Shown here in pieces: positions 1 through 10,200 of a DNA stretch of 64,000 nucleotides. Location of the stretch: the NCBI GenBank assembly GCA_019057795.1, contig JAHLWS010000031.1, forward strand, positions 9,857-73,856, written 5' to 3'. The translations under genes and the position numbers were made by a program. This DNA is from Promethearchaeota archaeon. GTDB lineage: Archaea; Asgardarchaeota; Lokiarchaeia; Sigyniarchaeales; SOKP01. Below the pieces are notes generated by a model. That model ran no database searches. It was not told the origin of the DNA and was given only the letters and a program-made list of their open reading frames with translations. Within the stretch, counting starts at the first letter, position 1. Each line of letters begins with the position of its first letter.

Positions 1-279
1 TTATTTGGTAAAGGTTTAAAAGAAATAGCGGACGAATATTCTGAATTAATAAAAGAAGTGAGGGGAAGAGGGCTTATATGGGGGATAGAGTTTAATAGCG
101 AAACATTTGGGCAATTAGCTATGCTCTCCATAATAAAAGAAGGCGTTTTACAAAATTACTGTGGTAATAGAAAAGATACTCTTATTATGATGCCACCATT
201 AATCGTGAAAGAAGAAGAAATTGAAGAGATTATAGAGAGAATAGGTAAAGGTGTCCATAATCTTAAAAAATTAAGTTAA
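1..279 (+). CDS. Class III PLP aminotransferase, C-terminal part (5' truncated by window)
   Basis: Frame open from base 1: EVRGRGLIWGIEF...LIMMPPLIVKEEEI, the typical class III aminotransferase C-terminus. Confidence 0.85.
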   Translation, partial: LFGKGLKEIADEYSELIKEVRGRGLIWGIEFNSETFGQLAMLSIIKEGVLQNYCGNRKDTLIMMPPLIVKEEEIEEIIERIGKGVHNLKKLS

Positions 280-298
280 TAATATTTTTTTTCTCAAT

Positions 299-2650
299 TT
301 AAGAGTTACTATGATATTTAAATCTACTTAATTTATAGATTTCTTGAGCGATTTTCTTTCCAATATTCTCAACTTTCAATAAGTCACCAATTTTCGCGTT
401 GAAGATATCTTGGAGGGATTTCAATTCTCGAAGAAGGTTTCTTGCTCTAAGCGAATTTACGCCAGGAACGCCTGCAACAATGTATTCTAATAAACGAGAA
501 ATTTCGATGGGTTTCTTCTCAAACCTTAGTTTTAATTCACCTTTAGCACTAGATTGTTCTTTTTTCGCTAATTGAAAAAGGAAAGTAGCAGTTTCAATGG
601 AATCTTTTGTTTTGTAGATAGTAATTCCTAAATTCAAAATAATGGAAGTTATTGCACCGTAGAGTGCGTTTTGATTAATATTTGAATTAATAAAAGGGTC
701 TTCTTCTAAAATTAAGATGGGTCTAATAAAGTTATTTTTTAAATCGTTCAATTCGTTAAATAATCTTCCATCTTTAATAGAATCATTAAAATCTTGGGCA
801 GATTTTCGTTCAATCCCAACTCTTTCCGACACTATGTAATCAGCCACAGCTAATTGTTTTAATTTTAAATCAACTCCCATTAAAGATAGTGTTCTAACAA
901 CCGCAGAGGCGGTTTCTCTATTGTCACAAATAATTGTAAAATTTTCGGCACCATCAATTTTTTGGATCAACCGATTTTCATTTTGATTTTTTAAATTAGC
1001 CTTATCTCTACTTTCTTTTTCTTTTTTAACGAAATTTAAGAGACTCGATTGCCCAACGACTTTAGAGTTGGAATCATTTTCTTTTATTTTTTTTAAACTT
1101 TGTTTCATATTACGCTCCTTAGCTCTTTCTGCCCAATAGTACCCTTCATCACGAGTACCCTCAGCCATTAAAATAATAACTTTTCCTTCTTTTTTTCTAC
1201 CAGTCCTCCCGCGACGTTGAATTGAACGTACAGCACTCGGAACGACATCGTAAAAAATAACTAAATCACATTCTGCTATATCTAATCCTTCTTCGCCAAC
1301 ACTCGTCGCTATTAATGTATTGTAAATTCCCTTTTTAAACTCGTCAAGAAGCCTGATTTGTTCCTTTTGAGTTAAACCTTTGTCAGATGTTTTAGTCTGT
1401 TGTCCAACGAATTTATGTGCCGTTATACTTGGATCTTTTTTAAGAAATTTAACTATATTGTTAACAGAATCCCGAAAATGACAAAATACCAAAACTCTTG
1501 AATCTTTATCTCCAATTATCTGGTTATGTAGAATTTCCGCTAATTTTTCTAGTTTAGGATGTACAACTCCTTTTATTTTGTTAACTTCAATTAACTCAAT
1601 CACGCGTTTAATGTCAGGATCTCTTAGGAGTTCTTTTAATGATTTATTTGCTGTATTTTGTTTTATCTTTTCTATGTTTTTTTTCATGTAATCATCTAAT
1701 GCACTCAATCCCTGAGTTTCTATTAGTTCTTCCATATAAGAAAGCCTTATAGCATTTGCAGTATATTTTTTAGCCGTAAATAATTGGAACTTCTCGTCAT
1801 CAGTTCTAGATGCTGAAATTCTCCCGTTAATTACTTTATCTAGGGATAGTAAATCTTTTCTTGTAACTTTAGAGATATCTGATGTATTCAATAATTCTTT
1901 TTGCTTTAACAATTTATAAATTGTTCTTAATTTTTCTGTAATAACTTTTTTAATTTCTAAAAACTCGCTTGGAAGCTTAACCTTAATCCACTCGTTATCG
2001 ACTTTGTAAATGTAAGGTTTAATGTCTGAATCTTGATCTGTTCTAATTTCAAGATGATCGATAAATAAATTTTCTTTTATTTCATTAATCTTCCCTTCCG
2101 TTGATCCTGGACTTGCCGTAAGCCCTAATATTTGAGCATTTTTCGAGGATTCCATGTACTTTTTAGCAATAAAACAATATGCGTAATCCCCAACAGCACG
2201 ATGGCATTCATCAAAAATAATTAAACTTACACTATCTATTGAATAAAGATTTGAAATTATATCATTTTGGAGCACTTGTGGCGTCATAAAAGCGACTTTT
2301 AAGCCATCCCATAATTCTTTCCTTTTTTCTGGTGAAGTTGTTCCTGTAATTGCTTTCAAGCTTTGAGAAGGAATAACAGTTAATCCTAAGAACGATTTAT
2401 AATGTTGATTAACTAATGGTTTGGTTGGAGCTAAAAATAATACTTTTGAATTGGGTTTTTCTGTTAATCTCTGTACCGCTAACATTAAACCTATAATCGT
2501 TTTTCCTAGCCCCGTAGGAATAACCACTAAACAGTTGGTGTTTAGGCAATTAATAAATATACTTTCTTGATAAGCTCGCCTTAAGACTGAATTTTCTTTA
2601 ATTAATGGGTGAGATATATACTGTTCTTTTTTCGATATAGAGATCACCAA
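299..2650 (-). CDS. hef: Hef helicase/nuclease (FANCM/Mph1-like SF2 helicase + ERCC4/XPF nuclease + HhH)
   Basis: PTGLGKT, DECH, TAS and QRRGRTGR helicase motifs; C-terminal CDNRE...ADY...ERKSAQDF ERCC4 motif; VPGV/VENIGKK HhH. Confidence 0.93.
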   Translation of the reverse strand: MVISISKKEQYISHPLIKENSVLRRAYQESIFINCLNTNCLVVIPTGLGKTIIGLMLAVQRLTEKPNSKVLFLAPTKPLVNQHYKSFLGLTVIPSQSLKAITGTTSPEKRKELWDGLKVAFMTPQVLQNDIISNLYSIDSVSLIIFDECHRAVGDYAYCFIAKKYMESSKNAQILGLTASPGSTEGKINEIKENLFIDHLEIRTDQDSDIKPYIYKVDNEWIKVKLPSEFLEIKKVITEKLRTIYKLLKQKELLNTSDISKVTRKDLLSLDKVINGRISASRTDDEKFQLFTAKKYTANAIRLSYMEELIETQGLSALDDYMKKNIEKIKQNTANKSLKELLRDPDIKRVIELIEVNKIKGVVHPKLEKLAEILHNQIIGDKDSRVLVFCHFRDSVNNIVKFLKKDPSITAHKFVGQQTKTSDKGLTQKEQIRLLDEFKKGIYNTLIATSVGEEGLDIAECDLVIFYDVVPSAVRSIQRRGRTGRKKEGKVIILMAEGTRDEGYYWAERAKERNMKQSLKKIKENDSNSKVVGQSSLLNFVKKEKESRDKANLKNQNENRLIQKIDGAENFTIICDNRETASAVVRTLSLMGVDLKLKQLAVADYIVSERVGIERKSAQDFNDSIKDGRLFNELNDLKNNFIRPILILEEDPFINSNINQNALYGAITSIILNLGITIYKTKDSIETATFLFQLAKKEQSSAKGELKLRFEKKPIEISRLLEYIVAGVPGVNSLRARNLLRELKSLQDIFNAKIGDLLKVENIGKKIAQEIYKLSRFKYHSNS

Positions 2651-2787
2651 AAAATATCGTTCTAAAAGGCTTTTTACAGTTATGTTTTTAGTATATGTTT
2701 TAAAGTTACAGAGTCTATAGAATCTCTTAAATTAAATTAATAATTAGTTAATAGATATTTTTGAATGATTCTTAATAATTACAGATA

Positions 2788-3977
2788 TTAACGGAGAAAG
2801 TCCATTATTGATTCTTGTTTTTCTAATTTTTTTAAAAATGGATTATATACATATTTTGGAATATTATTTATTTTGACTTCAGATTTTCTGATTATAGGAT
2901 GAGAGTTAATTTGTTTAGTAATCTCTTCCTGAAAACTATTAATCGTATTTCTATGAAAACCGTTAACTGCTTTAATTCTAATCAAGACAACAATATTTTG
3001 ATTAGATATATTATCCTTAAGATTATCTCTTCTTTTTTGAATACGATATTCTTCTTTTGATTCATGGAAATTATTAGGAAAATGATCATGTTGTTTTCCA
3101 TATATTCCACTGCAACTTTAAAAATTTTTCCCCCAATTTCTACATTCTCATTGTAAGAATCATATTTTAACAATCCTCCATCTCTAATCTCCAACCCAAA
3201 TGCTTTTTTCAAAGTTATTGGTCTGAAATCAACACCTAAAATTTTATTCATATACATTTGCATGATTTTTTGACAGAAATAATCATTGCATTCCGGACAC
3301 CATCTACTTTGATTTATTAAATATCTCACCTTTACGGACCAATTATGATGATTGTTTCTTGTTAGATGCCCAACTTTAATATATCTCTCTGAAGGTACTT
3401 CTTCCATCATTTTCCACTCCTCTCTTGTAGTTAATAAATACCCTTTTTGATCAATCATATATTTTTTTATTGTATCATAGTCATATTTATTCTTAAGAGC
3501 ACAATTAGACCCCCATATCTTCTCATATATATGATTTGATTTTTTTTCTCCAAACCTGCTGTTAAGATATGACTTACACCATTTTATGATTGTTATTTTT
3601 GACGCACCAATTTCCTTCTGAATCGAATTTATTCCCATAATTTTTTCTGGATTTCCATAATAAATTTTTTCAAACTGATCTTCGATTAGGTTTAAGAATT
3701 TTGAGTATCTATCTTGGATCTTCTTTATATTTCTATTCCAAATATCTGAATAGATTTTATAAGCGTTTTCATGACTCGTTTCTTTCTTTAAATTTATCAA
3801 AATATACTTTCTTATTGTATTTCTATTTAAATTATATTTTCTTGCTAAAGAGCCTAAGGAAGGAATCAGATTTAAGTTAGAAGGATAATGTTTGTTTATA
3901 AGACAAATCAAATTATTACACATATCTTCAACATTTTCTTGATATTTATCCTTCTGTTTTACATCAGATTTATCCAT
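2788..3977 (-). pseudogene. Frameshifted Zn-ribbon + PD-(D/E)xK (Vsr/DUF559-like) endonuclease; the two ORF-track pieces join into one gene
   Basis: WCPEC...YDSY...VAVEY; restoring one base near 3101 gives EYxGKQHDHFPNNFHESKEEYRIQKRRDNLKD...VVLIRIK, which runs in frame into ORF 2788-2985. Confidence 0.75.
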
Positions 3978-4059
3978 ATGTAATGAATTATAATTTACTA
4001 TTTAATCTCATAGTGTATTAATATTTATTAATTCGCTATTTAAAATAAGATAAATTTAG

Positions 4060-4165
4060 TGTGCAAGGAGGGATTCGAACCCCCGACCGACGTGATCTAC
4101 ATAAAGAATTAATGTAGATTTACACGGTGTGAGCGTGTCATCATACCGAGCTAGACCACTTGCAC
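4060..4165 (-). tRNA. tRNA-Val(CAC) with a 32-nt intron (4089-4120) at position 44/45
   Basis: Acceptor stem GTGCAAG/CTTGCAC, anticodon arm ACACG-CTCACAC-CGTGT, T arm GGGGG-TTCGAAT-CCCTC; intron bounded by a bulge-helix-bulge whose removal restores variable loop AGGTC. Confidence 0.93.
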
Positions 4166-4318
4166 TTAATATTTAATTCAATTCCTTAAATTATAAATAT
4201 TTTATCACTAAAAGATCAAATTCAAGTTTTCTTACTAAGGTCTATTGATAAATTAACCAAAAAAGTTTTATTTTATATTACATTTCAAAATTTAATTACT
4301 ATTTCTTTGGTTTATGTT

Positions 4319-4621
4319 ATGTCTTCTTTTTTAGAGTCTCGTGAATTAAGAAAGTTGTATAAAGAAGTTCGAAAAGATATTAAGGTCGGTTTTATTTTTC
4401 TTTCCAGATACGAAAAAGCGCGCATCACAGGTGCAAGAGCACTGCAAATTTCATACGGCGCTCCTATATTAATAAATAGGCCTAAGAATTTAATAGACCC
4501 AATTAAGATAGCCTTACTTGAATTAAAATCTAAAATTTTACCCTTAACAATTCGAAGGGAGTATCCGTCAGGAGAATATCAAGATATTCCTATTAATAAA
4601 TTGATTCTTAAAAAAGATTAA
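4319..4621 (+). CDS. rpoK: DNA-directed RNA polymerase subunit K (Rpo6)
   Basis: LSRYEKARITGARALQISYGAP...IALLEL...PLTIRREYP signature; ATG at 4319 preferred over TTG at 4307. Confidence 0.95.
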   Translation: MSSFLESRELRKLYKEVRKDIKVGFIFLSRYEKARITGARALQISYGAPILINRPKNLIDPIKIALLELKSKILPLTIRREYPSGEYQDIPINKLILKKD

Positions 4622-4678
4622 TACATTTTAGATAGTCATATGTAAAAAATGTTTTATTCGCTCTAATATCCTTTAATT

Positions 4679-5140
4679 TTATTGAATTCGGTATTTCCCT
4701 CTTTCTGTAAGAATGTATACGGTCTTTCCTTCGACTTGCTCAGTTTCCAAATAATCCTTAGAAATTAAAACTTCTATAATTTTTTCTAAATCTGCTTTTT
4801 TAAATGGTTCAATACCCAACTGTACTCTACTTTGATTAACAACAATCGCGATGCGTGTAAGAAACATTCTTTTACTCATAAACGATTCAAGAACTGTAAG
4901 CTCGTCGTTAGAAAGGCGTTCAAATTGATCGTGTTCTAAAATTTGGTCTTTAAGAGTTTTGGCAAGCTCTATTGTTTCTTGACTTACTTCTTGTTTCTTT
5001 ACTTCGACGTGTTTTAATTGCACCAAATCTTTTGCAACTGGTGTTTTCTTATTTTGAGCCATTTGCTCTAAGTAATTGCGAATTTTTTCTTTATCCCCTA
5101 CTTCTCTTTTCGAATTCTTATCTTCATTTTTATTCTCCAT
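4679..5140 (-). CDS. Hypothetical protein with C-terminal winged-helix-like domain
   Basis: DLEKIIEVLISKDYLE...VYILTERGK wHTH wing pattern. Confidence 0.6.
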   Translation of the reverse strand: MENKNEDKNSKREVGDKEKIRNYLEQMAQNKKTPVAKDLVQLKHVEVKKQEVSQETIELAKTLKDQILEHDQFERLSNDELTVLESFMSKRMFLTRIAIVVNQSRVQLGIEPFKKADLEKIIEVLISKDYLETEQVEGKTVYILTERGKYRIQ

Positions 5141-5185
5141 AATAATACGATAAGGAATTTAATTATAAAAACTTATATTCAATTA

Positions 5186-5752
5186 ATGAAAAAAGTTTTA
5201 GAGTTAAAAAACGGAGAAACCATTATCATTAGACACGTTAAAGAATCAGATATTGACGGAATTTGGATTAATTTCAACGAAGTTGTTGATGAAGGAACAT
5301 ATCTTCCAGTTTTATTCCCGGTAAGATCTGAATTCGAAAAACAATCGTGGTATAATAATATTAAAAAAGAAAGAGAAATATGTATTGTAGCTATTCACCC
5401 AAAATTAAAAAATCCATACAATATCCTTGGTCAATGTGAAATCTCAAATCTAGAATGGGATGCTGCCACTCATGTAGGTAGATTAGGTGTAATTGTACAA
5501 ACAAAATTTAGAGATTTAGGTATTGGTTTTAATTTAATTGACGAAGCGATTCGAGAATCTAAAATTCTAAATAATAAAGAAAAAATTATCTTAAGCTGTT
5601 TTTCTAATAACAAAAGAGCTCTATACCTTTATAAAAAAATGGGTTTTCAAGTATTAGGTATAAGTAAGAAACAATTTTATATGGATTCTAAATATTACGA
5701 CGAAATCCTATTGGATTTGTGGATAGATGATTATTTAGCCAACAACCCTTAA
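5186..5752 (+). CDS. GNAT family N-acetyltransferase
   Basis: VQTKFRDLGIG motif A; NKRALYLYKKMGF motif B. Confidence 0.9.
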   Translation: MKKVLELKNGETIIIRHVKESDIDGIWINFNEVVDEGTYLPVLFPVRSEFEKQSWYNNIKKEREICIVAIHPKLKNPYNILGQCEISNLEWDAATHVGRLGVIVQTKFRDLGIGFNLIDEAIRESKILNNKEKIILSCFSNNKRALYLYKKMGFQVLGISKKQFYMDSKYYDEILLDLWIDDYLANNP

Positions 5753-5779
5753 ATTTTATCGAATTTGAAAGGGGTTTCC

Positions 5780-7219
5780 TTACGGAAATCGAGTTCTCTT
5801 TTGATAGATTTCCCAACTTTCAGGAGTTAATGGATTTTGGTTTAAAAAAATAAAGTTCAAGTTTTTTAAATTATCAATATAATTCAGTTTAAAATCTTTA
5901 ATATCGTTTTTTTCTAAAAAAAGAATAATTAAACGCTCTAAATTATTTATTCCTTCCATCTGCTTGATATGATTTTTATCAATAAATAACTCTTGAAGAT
6001 TTTTAAGATTTTCCAATCCATTAAATGTTTCAATTTTATTGTTAGAAATCTCTAATTTATTTAATTCTGTTAGATTATCTAAATTATCAATATTCTCAAT
6101 AATATTGTTGGATAAACTTAAAACTTTTAAACTTACCAATCTCTTTAACCCACTTATGTGAGATATTCGATTATCATTTAAATGTAAAGAAATTAAGTTC
6201 TCAAGGTTTTCTAGGCCTGAGATTATTTCAATATGATTTAAAGATAAATTCAATGTTTTCAATTTGCATAGATTTCCTAGATTTTTTAGTCTTGAAATAG
6301 TATTATTACTAAGATTTAATAGTTCTAAATCGCGCAAATTATCTAAATTTGTTATTCCTGTAATTAAGTTCCGATCCAACGATAATTTTTTTAAATTACC
6401 TAAATCCAGATTTTCAATCTTCTTTATTTTATTTGAAGATAAAGAGATTTCCTGTAGATTATTTAGGTCCTCTAAATTTTCAATCTTTTTAATTTGATTC
6501 TGCGATAAATTTAAAGTTTTTAATTGTGTTAAATGGTTAAGACCACGAATATTTTGAATGTTATTTCTTTGGAGTTGTAAATGCTCTAATTTAACAAGCT
6601 TATTAAAAACAGGAATTTCAGAAATATCATCCAACTTACCTCCCTCACAATTTAACAAGATTATTAATCCTTCCCTTAATGTTACGTAATATCCACAAGA
6701 ATTTACGTAATAGTCGTAAAGAATCAAATTAAAGCAAACTTCTAAGATTGAATGTGGAATGGGTGTATCGTAATTAGAATTAAATATTTCTTCGGGAAAC
6801 TCATAAATTTTTTTCTTAAAACTTAATTTAATTGCTTTCTTCAAATAATCTTTAATGATTTTACGAGCTTTTTTTGTGTCTATCAAGTTTAATGTTTCTA
6901 CAGCAAAGAATTTTTGATCCATATTATTTACATCATTTAGCGTAAACTCTAGAAGAGATACGAACTTTTTATGATAAAAATAGTTGTCTCGTAAGATGTT
7001 CCCTGATAAAACTCTGATTTCAAAACCCTCATCTGAAAGAAATAATTGTTCAAAAAATTTAAACTCCTTTCCCTCATCCATAGAAGAATAGAGTTCTAAC
7101 GCGGTTTCCCTTAAACTGATATTGTCTGAATTTACAATCCACTCTTTTAATATTTCTCTTGCTGTTTTTTTACCAATTTGTTCCAAATTTTTTTTAATGT
7201 AATCAGGATTTAAATCCAT
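5780..7219 (-). CDS. SDS22-type leucine-rich repeat protein with helical (HEAT-like) N-terminus
   Basis: About 12 tandem 22-aa repeats LxxLxxLxLxxNxIxxIxxL, ending in an LNQNP cap. Confidence 0.9.
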   Translation of the reverse strand: MDLNPDYIKKNLEQIGKKTAREILKEWIVNSDNISLRETALELYSSMDEGKEFKFFEQLFLSDEGFEIRVLSGNILRDNYFYHKKFVSLLEFTLNDVNNMDQKFFAVETLNLIDTKKARKIIKDYLKKAIKLSFKKKIYEFPEEIFNSNYDTPIPHSILEVCFNLILYDYYVNSCGYYVTLREGLIILLNCEGGKLDDISEIPVFNKLVKLEHLQLQRNNIQNIRGLNHLTQLKTLNLSQNQIKKIENLEDLNNLQEISLSSNKIKKIENLDLGNLKKLSLDRNLITGITNLDNLRDLELLNLSNNTISRLKNLGNLCKLKTLNLSLNHIEIISGLENLENLISLHLNDNRISHISGLKRLVSLKVLSLSNNIIENIDNLDNLTELNKLEISNNKIETFNGLENLKNLQELFIDKNHIKQMEGINNLERLIILFLEKNDIKDFKLNYIDNLKNLNFIFLNQNPLTPESWEIYQKRTRFP

Positions 7220-7666
7220 CTTTAAATGATTAAAATATACCTTTGAAATCTTCTATTAAAGAATCGTATTGCTTATTTAAAATATATTCTTCAATTTCAA
7301 ATATATACAAATTTTTCTTTTTTAATTACTTAAGTCCATTTGTATACACAAATAGATATTATTGGGATATCAAAAGTTGTGATTTGTTACACCAAATAAA
7401 AGAAGAAAAAATTAAATTAAAAAATTATTTTGTGATTTTTCTATATTAATAGGAATATAACCTTATTTTTTTTAAAGAAATACCCCCCAAATATCTCAAT
7501 TTTTTTGTAATAAAAAATATTTATATACATATAATTTATTATTATGATAATTTGAATTTGTTATAATTTGTCGATATTATTATACACTCTAAAAAATAAT
7601 ATTGATAATGTATAAAAAATTTTGAATAAAATTAACAAGTAAATAAAAATTAAAAAGCTGAATATT

Positions 7667-8812
7667 ATGGCAGAAGAAGAAAGTTTTTTAAACGCGAAAG
7701 CCTTAGTTGTCGATAACGGTACAGGGATTTCAAAAAACGGTTTCGCTGGTGAAGACCAACCTCGTTCTGTATTTCCAACTCTTATTGGCTATCCTAAATA
7801 TGAATCGATAATGACCGATGTCGAACATTACACTCGAGAATATTACATTGGAGAGGAAGCTATGCAACTTAAAGGTGTTTTAAAGTTGATGTTTCCTGTA
7901 GAACACGGTATTATCGAAGATTGGACTGCTATGGAAAAGATTTGGCATTACACGTTTTACACCGACTTACGAATCGATCCTAGCGAACATCCAGTTCTTT
8001 TAACTGAAGCTCCATTAAACCCAAGACCAAACAGAGAAAAAATGGCTGAAATAATGTTTGAAACATTCAATGTTCCAGCCCTTTACGTTGCGATGCAAGC
8101 GGTCCTATCTCTTTACGCCTCTGGTCGTACTACGGGATGCGTAATAGATATTGGAGATGGGGTCTCACACGTTGTACCTATTTTCGAAGGTTTCGCTTTA
8201 AGTCATGCTATCCAAAGAATCGATCTTGCTGGCCGTGATATCACAACTTACCTACAAAGATTACTCCGACAAAAGGGATATTCATTTACAACTTCTGCAG
8301 AGAAAGAAATTGTTAGAGATATCAAGGAAAAACTCTGCTATGTAGCAATCGACCCAGAAAAAGAAATGATGCTTTCCAAGAAAGTTGCTGGAATGGAAAA
8401 GAGCTACATGCTACCTGACGGAGAAACAATTAATGTAGGTGTTGAAAGATTTTTGGCACCAGAATGCTTCTTCAATCCATCAGTAATCGGGAAAGAGTTA
8501 GAACCTCTCGATGATGTAATTGTTGGTGCTATTTCCGAATGTGATGTCGACCTTCGTAGAGACCTTTATGGTAATATTGTGCTTTCTGGTGGCTCAACAA
8601 TGTTCCCTGGAATTAAAGAACGTTTAACCAAAGAAATTAAGGAACAGATTCCAGAGTCCGTTGATGTTAAAATCATTGCCCCTCCAGAGCGTATGTATTC
8701 CGTATGGATTGGCGGTTCAATCTTAAGCTCCTTGAAGACATTCCACCGAATGTGGGTTACGCGTCGGGAGTATAAAGAGATGGGTCCCCAAGTGATTCAC
8801 CGCTGCTTTTAA
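7667..8812 (+). CDS. Actin (Lokiactin)
   Basis: [61 protein letters not shown]-terminal HRCF. Confidence 0.98.
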   Translation: MAEEESFLNAKALVVDNGTGISKNGFAGEDQPRSVFPTLIGYPKYESIMTDVEHYTREYYIGEEAMQLKGVLKLMFPVEHGIIEDWTAMEKIWHYTFYTDLRIDPSEHPVLLTEAPLNPRPNREKMAEIMFETFNVPALYVAMQAVLSLYASGRTTGCVIDIGDGVSHVVPIFEGFALSHAIQRIDLAGRDITTYLQRLLRQKGYSFTTSAEKEIVRDIKEKLCYVAIDPEKEMMLSKKVAGMEKSYMLPDGETINVGVERFLAPECFFNPSVIGKELEPLDDVIVGAISECDVDLRRDLYGNIVLSGGSTMFPGIKERLTKEIKEQIPESVDVKIIAPPERMYSVWIGGSILSSLKTFHRMWVTRREYKEMGPQVIHRCF

Positions 8813-8880
8813 GCCCATCTGGGCAAATTCCTAATTTTTTTGAATTTTTTATTTTTCTTTTTTATTATTTTTTCAATTCC
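8813..8880 (+). terminator. Putative terminator of the actin gene
   Basis: Short GCCC-ATCT-GGGC hairpin followed by several long T tracts. Confidence 0.5.
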
Positions 8881-9134
8881 TTAAATTAAATATTATCATA
8901 CCAAAAATTTAGTGTTATATTTATAACTTCTTCTAAAGGTGTTTTTACTGAATAAAATCCGTATTTGTATCCCATAATTTTTAACTAAAATCTATTATTG
9001 AAATTTGGTAACTATTAATTTGATAATTTAGATTCAAAAAAATATAAGTAGATAATAAATTTAATGTTGATTTAAATTAAAATGTATAAAGAAAAAAAAA
9101 CGAAATCTAAAACCATTTTATTTGTAATATTATT

Positions 9135-10130
9135 GTGTATTGGAGCGTAAATTTCATGCCTGAAAGTAGCGTTATTTTAAACGATCTTAACAAGGTTTTT
9201 ATACCTTGTCGAACGGTATTAGAGATGGAAGCGTTAACATCTTTGTTTTTAGAATATTATAACTACGATCTAATCAAAGAGGTTCCCAAAAGTCAACCAT
9301 CAAGCCAAAAAATTGTAGAAGTTTTTCGAATTTTAGAATGCAAACCTCTTGAGAGAATTATTGGATATTTTATTGATGTAGTTGTGCATAAACTCAAACC
9401 GGTTGTGATGTATGCAAGAGACCATCAAGATCGATTTAGAATGGGAAATGTAGTGGCTTACACTCAAACGCGCGTGTGCCTCTATCTAGCGCTGCATAGA
9501 TTAAAGTTAAAGTTTTTGATCATAAATCATTTTATGAAGGAATTTAAAGAAAATAAATTTAAATTAAATTTACCGGATGAACAAGAGGGTTTAGGAGCTC
9601 ACGCGTTTATGGCTTCTTTCTATAAGAACTACACTCATAAGAATAAAATGAATCTGAGATTAATGCTTTCAACGAAAAGAGTTTCAGAGAGAGTTAGCAA
9701 ATTAATTGATCTTAAGGACATTGTAACTAACGAGGATATTATTTACGCAATAACTTTTAAAAAGTTTTTAGATGACAAGAATCGAATTAAATTTATTATG
9801 AGAGAAATAAAGGCTTCACTATTCGTATGCAAAGTCATGTTCGCACAAATGGATGTTCTTAACCCTTTTTCCGTTGGAAAAGAAACTATGATCGATGCTG
9901 AAGAAATTATGTTAAGCCAAGATTTTATACCAGTACTAATACCCGCGATTTCAAATTGTTATTTAGGGAATAATCCAGCTCAACTTGAAGATTTATTTCG
10001 AGCTTATGAATTTATGATGAAAAGAGTATTGGAAGGACTTAATTATGGAATAGGAATAGCTTCAGGAGGCCAAATAATTCTCGATTTAGATGATACAATA
10101 TACAATTCAGGAAATATCTTCGATATTTAA
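9135..10130 (+). CDS. Hypothetical all-helical protein downstream of actin (start may be ATG at 9156)
   Basis: Long ORF with host-like codon usage; no recognised motif. Confidence 0.7.
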   Translation: MYWSVNFMPESSVILNDLNKVFIPCRTVLEMEALTSLFLEYYNYDLIKEVPKSQPSSQKIVEVFRILECKPLERIIGYFIDVVVHKLKPVVMYARDHQDRFRMGNVVAYTQTRVCLYLALHRLKLKFLIINHFMKEFKENKFKLNLPDEQEGLGAHAFMASFYKNYTHKNKMNLRLMLSTKRVSERVSKLIDLKDIVTNEDIIYAITFKKFLDDKNRIKFIMREIKASLFVCKVMFAQMDVLNPFSVGKETMIDAEEIMLSQDFIPVLIPAISNCYLGNNPAQLEDLFRAYEFMMKRVLEGLNYGIGIASGGQIILDLDDTIYNSGNIFDI

Positions 10131-10200
10131 GTAATATGCTGAAACTTACTCGATAGAAGAAGATAATAAAAAGTAAAAAATTGAATTTAATTCATATAAA

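Noticed and set aside
2651-2787. att-site duplication of the tRNA 3' end bounding an integrated element
   Set aside because: No copy of the tRNA 3' sequence was found here or noticed elsewhere in the window, and there is no integrase
4089-4120. Reading the tRNA insert as a long variable arm (Sec/Ser/Leu-type tRNA)
   Set aside because: The anticodon is CAC with a 7-bp acceptor stem, and a perfect BHB restores a standard 5-nt variable loop
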